A stretch of DNA of 64,000 bases from Basidiobolus meristosporus CBS 931.73. Its lineage: Eukaryota; Fungi; Basidiobolomycota. The translations under genes were made by a program, and so were the position numbers. Under the pieces are notes generated by a model. That model made no database searches. It saw only the letters and a program-made list of their open reading frames with translations, and was not told where the DNA came from. Positions 36,301-50,301 of the stretch are shown piece after piece. Position 1 is the stretch's first letter. Each line of letters starts with the position of its first letter. The DNA lies in contig MCFE01000273.1 in the NCBI GenBank assembly GCA_002104905.1, positions 1-64,000 on the forward strand, written 5' to 3'.

Positions 36301-37243
36301 GACAAAATCAGATCTCTACAGCAAGTTTGAGATGAAAGATCTTGGAAAATTGAGCTATTTTCTTTGAATTGAGGTCAAATTTGACATACCTACGCAGAAA
36401 ATTGTGCTAAATCAGTCTAAGTACATCAGGGACATTCTTAGACGCTTCAAAATGGAAAATTGCAAGCCTGCAGCAACCCCTATGGATAATAACCTGAAAT
36501 TAAGCAAATCTCAGCCAGTTATATATGAAAATGGCTCAAATATGGACCATAACTTTCCCTATCACTCAATGGTTGGTAGCCTAATGTACTTGATGGTGTC
36601 TACACGTCCAGATATTGCAGTAGCAGTTGGAATAGTCAGTCAATTCATGCAGAATTATGGATCAGATCAAATTGCAGCAGTTAAGCGGATTTTCAGATAT
36701 CTACAAGGTACCATAATTATGGTACTGGAATACTCTGGAGCAGCTAATAGGAAAAAATCTGATGGTTATAGTGATTCAGATTGGGATAGGGATCTGATAG
36801 ACAGATGCTCTACCACAGGCTATGTATTTCTTTATGCTGGTGCAGCTATTACTTGGAATTGCAAGAAACAACCAACTATGGCACTATCTACAACTGAAGC
36901 CGAATATATGGCTGCATGTCAAGCAACTAAGGAGGCTATATGGCTACAAAAATTATTCAAAGACTTAGGTTTTAATTCAGGTGAACCAACATGTATTTAC
37001 AAGGATAATCAAAGTTGTATTTCATTAGCTAGAAATCCTACTAATCATGCCAGAACTAAGCACATTGATATACAGCATCACTTTGTGAGGGAAGCTGTAG
37101 AAAATAACTCAGTGGAGCTGGTTTACTGCCCAACTGACAAAATGGTGGCAGACATATTGACAAAACCACTAGCTAGGCCACAGTTTGAGATCCTTAGAGA
37201 GAAATTGGGATTAAGATATTTTTTAGTTGAGGGGGAGTGTTGA
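33326..37243 (+). pseudogene. gag-pol: A1 gag-pol polyprotein, single frame with two in-frame stops (35687 TAA, 36365 TGA)
   Basis: ORFs 33326-35689, 35720-36367 and 36404-37243 share one frame; [71 protein letters not shown]. Confidence 0.96.
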
Positions 37244-37769
37244 AATATTGGACTATTTGGTATCATTCAGGAGCTAAAAATTTACTTAACAATTCTAGGC
37301 TAGTCTTAGTCACTGTAGGACTCATTTACTGCCTTAACTTTGCCACTTTCTCCAGATATATGATCTTATGATTATTCCCCTATAGTCAGAATCAAATTAG
37401 CACTATTACCCAAACATTATGTACTAACCCTGAAACTGTTACAGAATGCTCCTGAATATTGAGAAACCCTCCCTACTTAGTGTTGCAGCTGTATTACTTC
37501 TACAAAGGTATAAATACTGAGCTTCTTTATGAATAAACAACAGTTCAACTATTATCACTATTTCTTGATAAGTTCCTTATATGCAAATCACTTCTTAAAT
37601 TGCAACAGATTTCACAAAAAAGTTTGTCAAATTTCTCAGTATAATAATACATAAGTGGATTTTGATTAGTCCTATGCCAACTCCCTCACTTTCTGATCCT
37701 GGACACTTGACCACCACCTAAGTACTCATACACTGATTGGCTATTGCCTCTTTTTGACACACCTACTTT

Positions 37770-40700
37770 TGGATTTGACAATTTGACTTTAGACTATGCC
37801 AAAGGAAGACTTCTCCATCAAGAACTCAGATGTAATGATCAAGCAGATAAAATTGAAGATAATGCTTTATTCAGTTCAGAAAGGCACTTAGAAAAGAAAG
37901 GAAAGCAACAAAACCAAAGAAAACCTGGTTGCTGCAACTATTGTAAAAAGCCAGGACACTGGGCAAGAGAATGCAAGAAGAGAAAAGCCAATTCAAAATA
38001 GAAACTAGAGCAGGCAAGCCATATACCTACTGATGAATAGTTATTTGCAACCGTACAAGAGAGTGCAAGTAACCAAAGTAATGAATGGTATATTGACTGT
38101 GAAGCCTCACAGCGTATTTGTGGTACAAAGAAGTGCTTCAGCAACTTAAAGACTATTCCTGTAAGAAAGGTTTATCTGGGAGATAACTCTGCTCTGGAAG
38201 CTACCGCAAGTGGGTCTATACAATTAAATATGAGCAAAAGCTCAGGGGCACCAACAGCCAGACTCACTGATGTACTCTATGTACCTGGAATGGTTATGAA
38301 CCTACTCTCAGTCAGTAAAGCAACTGCTCAGGGACTGAAATTTGTTGTTACTAAGATGAGCTGCTCAATATCAAGTGAGAATGGACAAAAATTAGCTGTG
38401 GGAATCAGAGATCACAATATATACAAGTTACAATGCAAGATTATTGTACCTGAGTATGTCAACATTGCTGAAACTGATGAAACCAACTGGGAGGCATGGC
38501 ATAGGAGGATAGGACACATTGGGGAACAGAAAATGAGCCAATTGGTGAAAAATCAGCTTGTTTTGGGCCTAAAATACTCAATTCCGATCAAATTGAATGT
38601 TTGTAAGGGATGTTCATATGGCAAACAAGCTAGACAATGTTTCAAGAGCTCAGAAGGCATCAATACCACCAAAATATTGGCTATTGTACACTCAGACATA
38701 AGTGGCCCCATGAGAACACCATCCTTTGGAGCCAAGAGATACTTTATGACATTTATTGATGACAAAACAAGATAGACATGGGTGTACTTCCTCAAAACAA
38801 AGTATGAAGCTTTAGAGACATTTTGCACTTCAAGAGCGTGGCAGAAACACAAACTGGGTGTGAATTGAAGGTACTACAAAGTGACAATGGAGGAGAATAC
38901 TGTTCAAAAGAGTTTGCAAAATACTGCTTGTATACTGGTATACTTTGGCAGGCCAAAGTTCCTCATACTTCACAGCAAAATGGAGTAGTAGAACATGCAA
39001 ATGGAACAATAGTAGAGATGGGAAGATCTATGCAACATGATAAGGGAATGGACTACAGGTTTTGGGCTGAATCTGTTGCTACTACAGTATACATCAAGAA
39101 CAGATGCCCAAAAACAGCACTATGTGATTCTAAACCCTTTGAAGCATATACAGGCCAAAAACCAGATCTCCAGCCCCTAAAGATCTTTGGCAGTGATGTT
39201 TTTTATCATATCCCGGACAAAAAACGCACAAAGTTGGAACCAAAGAGTAGGAAAGGGATCTTTGTTGGGTATTCCAAAGATACTAAAGGGTATAGAGTGT
39301 ATGATGGCAAAATTCAGGAGTGATCAAGAGCAGGGACATTGTAAGGGACATTGTATTTGAGGAGAATTCAGATCACAAAGCCACTGAACTCATTGGCCAG
39401 GTGCCTGATGATGCAATCAACATTAATGAAGAAGATATGTACTCAATCCAGTCAGATATGGAAGATACTTCTACCAGTTCCAGATCAGAACACATTATCC
39501 CAGTTAGGAGATCTACCAGAATAGAAAATGCCCCTGGATCCTGGTGGCAGACATCCAATGATCATGAAGAAGCTTATCTTGCCTTATGTGCCAAGCCTCA
39601 GAATCTGGAACAGGCAATGCAAAGTCCAGATGCTACTATGTGGCAACAAGCCATTTCAGGAGGAGTACCAATCACTGATCAAGGCAAAAACGTGTGAACT
39701 GGTAGATTTACCAAATGGGAAAAAGCCAATAGGATGTAGGTGGGTCTACATGTTCAAGATAACCTCAAATGGTGCTGTTGATAAGTGCAAGGTTAGATTG
39801 GTGGCTAAAGGCTATTCCCAAATTCAAGGACTAGACTTTAAGGAAACATTTGCTCTGGTGTAGTGGTGTATAGGTCCAAGGGAGAGATACGTCCAACACT
39901 TCTCAAGTGTTTTGTGTGTGGGGTGTTCACTGGATGCAATAACCTCTGGCAAAAGCTTGCTAGGAATACTTGGGTTCTGTCTCTAATCCAATGTGAAGGG
40001 TAATAAAGCCACAAGCTTGTCAAGGGAAAACTATTGAGCTACAATCCCCAACTTAGTTGGCATCTTAACAAAAGTATGCGCTGGGTTCAGCACCCTTTAA
40101 GATGACAATGTACTAAAGCTTCCAAAGTCAAAACAACCGTAAACTCCACCAGCAGGGACTTGATAAGAATGCAGCTGTGATCAATAGTTACAAAGACAGA
40201 AAAGTATCATTGCCTGTACAAGAACAAACTTGGGAAAGAATCAAATATAATAAAAGATATCTACTCTGAGTATTCCTCACAAGTAGTGCCTCCAAGGTCA
40301 GTTGGCTGTCAGCGTGGTTTCCTAGGAGTGTCCTGTGGTTGGAAGTTCAGGTAGCAGCAGGTAGCAGTGATCACACTAATCAACAAGTTGATGTATTGAT
40401 ACAAGGGATGATGATTTATTGCTGAGGGTAGCCTCCCTGGTATATTTTTCTTACTAGCTAAGTGATTACTAATCATGGTGTTCCAGAAGGTTCCTGATGT
40501 CAATAGAAGTCTTAATGACATCAGAATGACCTAAGAATGTTCTAAGTAGGTGCTGGAAGGTTCTAAGAGGCACGGCACATTCAACCAATCAGTAATCAGT
40601 ATTCTCTAATCTGTGTAACATAGGCATACCACATATGGCATGGAAATGGTAGGGATGGTGACATGGGTTGATCATGTGTCACAGGTACTGGCGCAGGTAC

Positions 40701-42540
40701 TTGCCTAATATATAAGCACTTATAGCTAGTAATCTTACATAAAGTGAGGGGTATCTTGTGTAATAAGGTAAGCAGGTGTGGCAGTCAACCAGCTTATAGA
40801 TAGCACTGATTGGGTAAGACAAATGGGATAAAACTAAAATAAGTGTAGTGAGATATAGGGAAGTAGAAAATAAGGGAATGAGCACATCTGTCAGTGGGTG
40901 TCACTGTCACCCCACTACACTGGTTGCCAAGCTTAAATCCATCAGGACAGTTCTAGTGCTGGCAGCTGTACACAGTATAGATCTACACCAAATGGACGTC
41001 AAAACAGCCTTTCTAAATGGGGATTTGAAATAAACTAAATATATGGAGCAACCAGAAGGTTTTTCCAATCCAAAAGACCCTAATAAGGTGTGCAAACCTA
41101 GAAAATTGTTGTATGGGCTTAAGCAGGCACCTAGAGCATGGTATAACAGGATTGACACATATCTAGAGGAAATTGGGCTCTCTTGTAGCACTGCAGATCA
41201 CAGTTTATATGTGAAACAGCTCAAAAAGGGTGTGATCATCCTAGTTCTTTATGTGGCCAACCTAATTATAGCAGCAAGAGACCACGAGGCACTTAAACAG
41301 ACAAAATCAGATCTTTTCAGAAAGTTTCAAATGAAAGATCTTTGAAAATTGAACTATTTTCTTTGAATTGAGGTCAAATTTGACATACCTACACAGAAAA
41401 TTATGCTGAGTCAGTCTAAGTACAACAGGGACATGCTTAGATGCTTCAAAATGAAAAATTACAAACCTGCAGCTACCCCAATGGACAATAACCTGAAATT
41501 AAGCAAATCTCAGCCAGTTATAGATGAAAATGGCTCAAATATGGACCAAAACATTCCCTATCAATCAATGGTTGGTAGCCTAGTGTACTAGATGGTGTCT
41601 ACATGTCCCGATATTGTGGTGGCAGTTGAAATAGTCAGTCAATTCATGCATAATTATAGATCAAATCAAATGGCAGCAGTTAAGCAGATTTTCAGATTTC
41701 TACAAGGTACCATAAATATGGTACTGGAATACTCTGGAGCAGCTAATAGGCAAATGTTTGATGGTTATAGTGATTTAGATTGGGGTAGGGATCTGATAGA
41801 CAGATGCTCTACCACATGCTATGTATTTCTTTATGCTGGTGCAGCTATTACTTGGAATTGCAAGAAACAACCAACTGTGGCCCTATCTACAACTGAAGCA
41901 GAATATATGGCTGCATGTCAAGCAACTAAGGAGGCTATATTGCTACAAAAACTATTCAAAGACTTAGGTTTTAATTCAGATGAACCAACATGTATTTACA
42001 AGCATAATCAATGTTGTATTTGATTAGCTAGAAATCCTACTAATCATGCCAGAATTAAGCACATTGATATACAGCATCACTTTGTGAGGGAAGCTGTAGA
42101 AAATAACTTAGTAGAGTTAGTGTACTGCCCAACTAACAAAATGGTGGCAGATATATTGACAAAACCACTAGCTGGGCCACAATTTGAGAATCTCAGGGAG
42201 GAATTAGGATTAAGAATTATTTAGTTGAGAGGGAGTGTTGAAATATTGGACCATTTGGTATCATTCTGCAGCTAAAAATTTACTTAACAATTCTGGACTA
42301 GTCTTGGTCACTGTGGGACTAGCTTACAGCTCTAACTTTGCCACTTTCTTCAGATCCATGATCTTATGATTATTCCCCTTTATTCAGGATCAAATTAGTA
42401 CTAATACTAACTATCATGTACTAACCCTAAAACTTTTACAGAATGCTCCTGAATATTGAGAAACCTTCCTTACTTAGTGTTACAGCTGTATTACTTCTAC
42501 AAAGGTATAAACACTGAGCTTCTTTACTAATAAACAACAG
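37770..42540 (+). mobile_element. Copia A copy A2, 5'-truncated, 3' LTR (from 42236) truncated; contains element E
   Basis: Collinear with A1 from mid-gag; many stops and frameshifts; PPT GAGAGGGAG then TGTTGAAAT at 42236. Confidence 0.92.
39859..40919. mobile_element. 1061-bp insertion E, probable solo LTR of a Gypsy-type family
   Basis: Termini TGTAGTGG...CCACTACA, 4-bp TSD CTGG (39855-39858, 40920-40923); Copia RT frame resumes after it (LVAKLKSIR). Confidence 0.75.
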
Positions 42541-44636
42541 CTCCTTGACTGGGTGCTTCTTGGGTGGTACTATACTTTTTCTTTGAAAAATGTTGTGCTG
42601 GTGCATCTGTGTCTGCCTGCTTGTCCCTAATTGGCACTCTTCCAGCTACCTGACATCTCTTCAAGGCTTGTCTGGAGATTTTGGCCCTGCTTGTAATGGG
42701 CTCTTGAGAAAGCTGCTGGTTTTTAGTCATGGCACCCTTGTTCTTCTGCCATTGATAGTTTCTGCTATTCTTAAGATACTTTCTTAGCATACCAATACTG
42801 GCCCAATATCTGTTTGCCCATTTGAATCCAGAATAAAGCTCATGGAACAAGTCAAGCGCATGCTGCTTGGCCTTGAGTTCCTGATGGTCCCATGGTATGC
42901 CAGCCTTAAGGTGATGTTGTGCTAGACTTCTGATGGCCTCTTGTATTTTGGCCCACTCTTCATTATTGCACCCAACAGCTTCACAGATCTTCAATGTCTT
43001 TTGATTTTTAGGCTTTGGTATAAACACCACATTGTCTCCCTCCCATACTGTGATAGGTTTTTCTGTGGGCTTTATATGTGGTCACTGTTGTTTTGCTTCA
43101 AAGACTGTACGGTGTTTCTCTGCTGTTACATCAAGAAATGACTCATTTCTTGTCTGTGACATTGAGCAACTTGAGTTCCATCTTTGCAGCAAAGATACAG
43201 CTTTCTCTACCTGTGATATTGATTGCTATACACCTATTATCTGCTCATCCTGTTGCTGGACTATTTCCTCACTTCTCTGGTCCATTGCATCCATTGTATT
43301 AGCCACTGCACCTAAATGCTTTATTAATGCTTTGGTATGAGCTGACAACATACTTGCTAATATGGGTGGTGGTGATGTTAACATGGCCACTTGCTGATCT
43401 TTAACTGAGGGTACTGTGTTTGCTACATTCTCATCTGCCTGAGCATAACAATCAGCTTGTGGCTCTGCAGAGGTTCTGAAATGTCTACTTGACTGAGAGC
43501 CTGAGGAGTATGCATTATTACCTTCAATGAGCACACTATCCACAGGTACTTTTTTGTATGTAGCCCGGCTTGTTGCACTGAATGTCAAGGCAAGCTGTTA
43601 TCCAACCATTCTTCTTTTGCCATCAGCAGTGGGGTTTGGTTGAGAACCAGACAACTTTGCTTTATTTTTTGGTGGCCTATATATGGAAGTGAGTCAAACC
43701 AAAGGGGAAATAGTGTTACATATACATGTGTGTGTGGTGCCACAACTGTCATGATCACATGACAACCATGAACACCCATGCCAAGCTTCAGCTTCCTAGC
43801 TCAATTTCTAAGAAATTCCTTCTGGAACCTTCTACCACCTTCCAGAAAGTTCCTGACCATTCCAAACCATTGTTACACAATGGAACATTCCATGGAAGCT
43901 TTCCATCGTATTTTTCATAGTCCAGTACCATATATGGAAATACCAGGTCACATGACTTAGTTACATGATCAGGTGACCCAATCCATCTCCCCATCCTGTC
44001 TCAGTGCCGTGTCATCTATGTCATTATCCCCAGCACCATTGCTGTGCCTCACCCCACAACCCCATTAGTATTAGCTAATATCTCTCAGCATCAGTATAGC
44101 CAAAAAGTATATATAGTCCTATCCCCCCTTAAGTATTCCTCAGTCTGATAAACACAGGTCTTGAATAAACAGCCTTGCCTTGGAAATCTGCCTTGCCTTG
44201 TTGATCCACACCTAAGTCCTTTCCTGGTCCTGCCTTGCTTAGCTCTACTCTCCTGCCTTGTGTCTATTCATAACAACAACTTTATTTATAATGCTTACTA
44301 TGGCAGGTCATCATTGAATCTTACATTCATGTAGGTGCAATGTCTCAAATACAAGACTGTCTTAAATTCACATGAGTATTGACCAAAAAGTGATATAATA
44401 GCATTATGTTGTTGAAGGTGAAACTGTTTGCCTTATAGACAAGACTTCCTTGACTCAATGCCGTAAGAGAAGAGAAAAGTACCATGTGGCTATTGTGGCA
44501 AGTCTCTCAGCCATGAAGCACACAGAGAGCATAGGAAGTATTACAAGGATCATGGCCAGTGTTTTGCCACCCAAGTCATATTTGACCAATCATTGGTCAT
44601 TACTGTACCAACATTATCTTGCTGGCCAGTTGATAC
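42541..44636 (+). mobile_element. CACTA-like chain U3, left part: ORF2 (minus, 3'-truncated), spacer, transposase start
   Basis: ORF pieces 42527-43030 and 43226-43588; spacer with the empty Harbinger site (44403 ATT); VPCGYCGKSLSHEAHREHRKYY at about 44480-44545; continues at 54012. Confidence 0.82.
43747..44275 (+). repeat. Family D solo LTR D1 (529 bp)
   Basis: TGTCATGATC...TTCATAACA, TSD ACAAC (43742-43746, 44276-44280); homologous to 55011-55536; orientation not established. Confidence 0.88.
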
Positions 44637-45620
44637 TGTTGAAATATTGGACTATTTGGTATCATTCAGCAGCTAAAAATTTACTTAACAATTCTAGACT
44701 AGTCTTGGTCACTGTAGGACTCATTTACTGCCTTAATTTTGCCACTTTCTCCAGATATATGATCTTATGATTATTCCCCTATAGTCAGGATCAAATTAGC
44801 ACTATTACCCAAACATTATGTACTAACCCTGAAACTGTTACACAATGCTCCTGAATATTGAGAAACCCTCCCTACTTAGTGTTGCAGCTGTATTATTTCT
44901 ACAAAGGTATAAATACTGAGCTTCTTTATGAGTAAACAACAGTTCAACTATTATCACTATTTCTTGATAAGTTCCTTAGATCCAAATCACTTCTTAAATT
45001 GCAACAGGTTATGAGCCCCAATTGCCTTAATCTATTCTAAAGATGACTTCTACCAGCAAACAAAGCAATACCAACATCTTCCCTGTAAAGGAGAGGTTTG
45101 ATGGGAAGTACTACAGACTTTGGAGAATCAAGATGCAGATTGACCTTGAGGAAAGAAAGCTTTGGAACATAGTAACAGGAAAGGAAGTTGAGCCCAAAGG
45201 AACAGCAGAAGATGTGGAGAAATTTCAAGAGAAGGAGAGAAAGGCCTTCAATGCAATATGCATCAATGTGCAAGACTCCTTCATTGGACAAATCCATGCC
45301 TCAAATACTGCCAAAGCAGCATGGGAATCCTTAGAGAAGATCTTTAGAGCAAAGTCAGTATCAAGCAAGCTTTATTTGAAACAAAAGTTCTTCAACATGA
45401 GGAAGAAGCCAGATGATGACATGCTACAACTCATTACCAGAATGGAGACACTTGCAGAAGAACTTTACAGTATTAATGCTGGTGTAGATGATGAAGAAAA
45501 GATACTCTGTCTGCTTTGCAGCCTACCAGACAAGTATGAGCCACTCATACTTTCTTTTGAAAGCAGAGAAGACAACTTGACTTTAGACTATGTCAAAGGA
45601 TGACTTCTCCATGAAGAACC

Positions 45621-48600
45621 TGTTGTAAGAGTCTTGGAGATATTGGAAGTGAGTTGGAGAACAAGTAGATTATGTGGTTTTCACTCAATGATTTATTGAA
45701 TGTAAAAGTAGTATTTATACTTTTACCTGGTCTTGGCATTACCAACACATAGAATAGGTTAAGGAAGGTCCCAAGAACATGTGTGCAAAGTTTGGGGCTG
45801 TTTGGACAACTTTGAGAATTATCATGTTCTGGGTACCTGGTATTTTGGTGAAAATATTCTAAGTAAATCCCAACAAGGAATTTGGTCAGTATTCTCTAGG
45901 ATTTGAAGGTAATGATCTAAGTGACTAAGTTGGGTGAATATTTAGGTGGAAATACAAATTTTTACTGCACTCCCACTCAGCTAAATGTTCATACTGACTA
46001 GTCCTAATTTTGACCTAAGATATTCAAACTTGTCTATAGCTAATGGTTTGGTAAATATGTCTACAATCATTTCATCTGTAGGACAGTAAACTAAGCTAAC
46101 TAAGTTATTCTCTATAGCTTCACATATAAAATGATTTCTAATATCTATGTGCTTGGTTCTAGCATGAAAATTTGGATTTCTACCTAATTGTATACATCTT
46201 TGGTTATCTTGAAATAAAGTAATAGGCGTTTTTTGACATAGGCCTAAATCTGTAAACAGCTTTCTTAACCACATTGCTTCTTTTGTAGCTTCACAGGCTG
46301 CCATATACTCTGCCTCTGTAGTGGAAAGTGCTATGGTTGGTTGCTTTCTTGAGTTCCATGAAATTGCTCCTTTACAGTAAAGAAAAGTGTATCCTGTGGT
46401 GGATCTTCTGTCTTCCAAATTTTGTCCCCAATCAGCATCAGAGTATCCCACAAGATCCTGTTCTGAATTCTTATAAGTGTATCTTAAGCAGATATCAGCA
46501 GTTCCTTTTAGGTATCTAAAAATCCGCTTAACTGCTGCAATATGATCAGATCCATAGTTCTGATTATGTTGGCTTACAACTCCCACTGAATATGAGATAT
46601 CTGGACGTGTTCCAAGCATGATATACATCAGACTGCCAATCATAGATTGATAAGGAAAGTGAGGGCTTTCAGATGGCACCAAGCTCTCTCGATTTGGTTG
46701 AGTTTTGACCAAGTGAAGGTTTGTCTCCATTGGGGTAGCTGCCGGTTTTCAGTCTTCCATTTTGTACTTCTTTAGTATATCTTGAATATACTTGGATTGG
46801 CTTAGGGTAATAGTCTGGGTACTTCTGTCTATGGAGAACTTAATCCCCAAGTAGTAACTAAGTTCTCCTAGATTGGACATCTTGAACTCCTTAGATAGGC
46901 TGGATTTAGTCTCTTTCAATGTTTCTAGGTTATTGGCGGCTATAATAAGATCATCCACATATAGAGCTAATAGAGCTGGAGTTGCTCTATCTGGCTTATA
47001 GTATATACTATAGTCAGCATTACTCCTTTTGAAACTCAAAGGTTCCAAATAAGAATCTATCTTGCAATTCCAGGCTCTTGGTGATTGTTTGAGACCATAT
47101 AGTGACTTTTTAATCTTGCAGACCAAATGGGGGTTATCTTAGTCAAAAAACCCATCAGGCTGGTCCATATACACGTCCTCATCAAGTTCTCCATTCAAAA
47201 ATGCAGTTTTACATCCATTTGATGAATAAAAAACTTATATTTGGCTGCAATAGCCAATATTAATCTGATGGAATTAAACTTGGCTACCGGTGCAAAGGTC
47301 TCAGTATAGTCAAGTCCTTTTGTTTGAGAGTATCCTTTGGCTACAAGTCTTGCTTTGTATCTTTCAATTGTACCATCAGCTTTGTATTTTGTCTTGAAGA
47401 CCCATCTGCATCCAATTGATTTTTGCTTGATTAGTAATTTGATTAAGTCTCAAGTTTGATTTTCCATTAGGGCCTGATATTCCTCAGTCATTGCAGATCT
47501 CCAAAGCTTTGTCTGAGGGCTATTTAGGGCCTCTTTTACAGTCTGGGGCTCATCCATATGGACTGAATAGGCATAGGCTAAGTTTATATCCTCATTGATA
47601 TAGTAATTTGGGCTATTTCTTGTCCAATTGGATCTCCAGGCATTTGATACTGATGCTCACTTCTGGGATATTCCTGGACACTGATTCTGGCTGAGCCACA
47701 GTTGTAGAGTCCTCTGGAGTGAAAAAATCTTCATTGTTTTGCTCTGATTCAATCCTGACAATTGGTGGACTTGAGATCAAATTTTTGTCATCATCTGATG
47801 TCTTTTTTTGTGAAAATTTTGAATTTTCATCAAACAACACATCCCTGGACTTGATAAGCTTCTTTGCTTTGGTATTGTAGAGTCTGTATGCCTTACTCTC
47901 ATTGCAGTAGCCCAAAAATATGCATTTTACACTTTTTGGCTCAAATTTTGACTGATTTCCAGCCAGTTTTTTGGCATATGCTGTACACCCAAATATTCTT
48001 AGATGTTCTGCACTTGGTCTGTATCCATACCATGCTTCATATGAAGCAGAATCACGAAGTATTCTGTTATAACTCCTATTTTTAAGGTATACTGCAGTGG
48101 CAACTGATTCCGCCCAAAAATCACAGGATGATTTTTGATCATGGATCATAGATCTTGCCATATCAGTTATTGATCTGTTAGCTTGTTCTGCCACTCCATT
48201 TTGCTGTGGGGAGTATGGTACAGTAGTCTCTTGCTTTATCCCATGAATTTTGCAGAAGTGGATGAAGAGTTTTGAGGTGTATTCTCCACCATTGTCAGAG
48301 CGTATTTTCTTGATTTTTTCACCAGTTTCTCTTTCCACCATGGCTTTAAACTCCCTGAGCCTAGACAGAGCTTCTTCCTTTCTCTCCATGAAGTAGACCC
48401 ATGTGTTTCTTGTATAATCATCAATAAAAGTGATCAAATACTTCATCCCACCTAAGGATAAATTTTGCATAGGTCCACACAGATCTGAGTGAGTTAGATC
48501 TAATTTTTTCTTAGTTTTGATTAACCCAGAGCTCTTGAACAGTTGTCTGGCTTGTTTCCCATATATGCAGGCTTCACAGTGCTCCAAATTAGCTGGGGGA

Positions 48601-50301
48601 TCAATTTTCACTCCAGAAATAAGTTGATCTTTGATCATTTTGCACAAATAATCAAAATTGATGTGCCCAAATCTCCTGTGCCAAAGCATTGGTGTGTCTT
48701 CATTTAAGTTACTTATATTGGCTTCCAGATATGATGGAATATAAGTCATATTGTATAGATTCTGATCTCTGATGCCCAAAGCAATATGGGCACCATTTTG
48801 ATCAGAGATCCTGCATCCAGAATTGTCAAAACTGAAACTGAGTCCTTCTGCTATGGCCTTGCTTACAGAAAGTAGGTTCTTGGCTATTTCTGCTACATAG
48901 AGTACTTCTTTAAAGGTCAGTGTGTGGCTTCCTTCACTGCTTCTAAGGTTTACTAGGATAGTTCCTTCTCCCACTGCATCAAGTGTTCTATTGTCACCCA
49001 TGAAAACCTTCTTAATTGGAATTTCTTGATATTGGGTAAAAAGTTCTTTTTGGTGTGTAAAGTGTTGAGAAGCTCCAGAGTCAATATACCACGTCTGAGA
49101 ATCCTTGTTTGTGGTCATATTTAGTGCAGATATGAATAGTTTATCTTCAGTTGTTGCAGCATTTCCATATTCAGGCTTCTTTTGCTGATTATCTTTCTTT
49201 TTGAGACACCAGTCTGATGTGTGTCCTTTCCTTTTGCAGTAGTTACAAAACAGGTTGCTGTTGCCTTTGTAGGGTCTTGGGTATCTCCTTTGTTGGCTAT
49301 CATTGCTTATTAAAGCATTTTCTTCTTCTCTCTTATTGGCACTTGATTTTCTTGATTCTTCATCCAGGAGCCTTCCGTATATGAAATTTAAGGTCAAATC
49401 TTCAGTTCTGGACTCTAGGGCTGATACAAGGCCCTGAAACTTGTCTGTCAGGCTATTCAGGATGGTAACTATCACATCCTCATCAGTAGTTGGTACACCC
49501 ACCGATTCCATCTCATCTACCAGCAGGGTAATTCTATTAATTAGATTTTTCATTTCTTCTCCTGGCAGCATCTTTGTAGTAAAGAATTTTCGTCTCAGAT
49601 ACATTTTCTTGGCAGCTGAACATGACTGGTAGGTGTCTTCCAATGCTTTTCAAGCATTCTTTACTGTTTTTGCTCTTGAGCATTGAATTAGCAATTTGTC
49701 CTTGACATTAAGGCAAATGCAGTTAAAGGCACTTTGTTCTTTCTTCTGGTACTTTAAGGCTTCCTCTCCCATGTTTTTAGGAGGGCATTCTTCTCCCATG
49801 ACAATATCCCAAAGGCCTCTTTCTTGTAGCAGCATCTTCATCTTCACCTTCCACACTTGGTAGTTAGATCCATCCAACTTTTCAGCAGAGGGAAAAATTC
49901 CAGTAATAGCAGTAGTAGACATTGCAGAGAGTGACAGCTTGGGGCTCATAACCTGTTGTAAGAGTCTTGGAGATATTGGACATGATTTGGAGAACAAGTA
50001 GATTATGTGGTTTTCACTTAATGATTTATTGAATGTAAAAGTAGTATTTATACTTTTACCTGGTCTGGCATTACCAACACGTAGAATAGGTTAAGGAAGG
50101 TCCCAAGAACATGTGTGCAAAGTTTGGGGCTGTTTGGACAACTTTGAGAATTATCATGTTCTGGGTACCTGGTATTTTGGTGAAAATATTCTAAGTAAAT
50201 CCCAACAAGGAATTTGGTCAGTATTCTCTAGGATTTGAAGGTAATGATCTAAGTGACTAAGTTAGGTGAATATTTAGGTGGAAATACAAATTTTTACAAC
50301 A
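45621..50301 (-). mobile_element. Copia B copy B2, full length, nested in antisense inside A3 gag
   Basis: LTRs 45621-45969 and 49954-50301, TSD GAACC/GAACT (45616-45620, 50302-50306), PBS 49942-49953, PPT next to 45970. Confidence 0.96.
45981..49923 (-). pseudogene. gag-pol: B2 gag-pol (stops and frameshifts)
   Basis: ORFs 49650-49997, 47613-49643, 46749-47126, 45981-46730; LYVDDLII, YYLGIKF, YSDADW, RTKHIDIRNHF. Confidence 0.95.

Larger units (their letters stand above)
32920..37607 (+). mobile_element. Ty1/Copia family A copy A1, full length
   Basis: 370-bp LTRs 32920-33289 and 37238-37607, TSD GATTT (32915-32919, 37608-37612), PBS 33290, PPT GAGGGGGAG. Confidence 0.98.

Noticed and set aside
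36365-36367. Reassigned genetic code (TGA as sense) to explain shared stops
   Set aside because: TGA terminates homologous ORFs at their natural ends (8082-8084, 10910-10912, 37241-37243), and most other stops are private C-to-T/G-to-A changes
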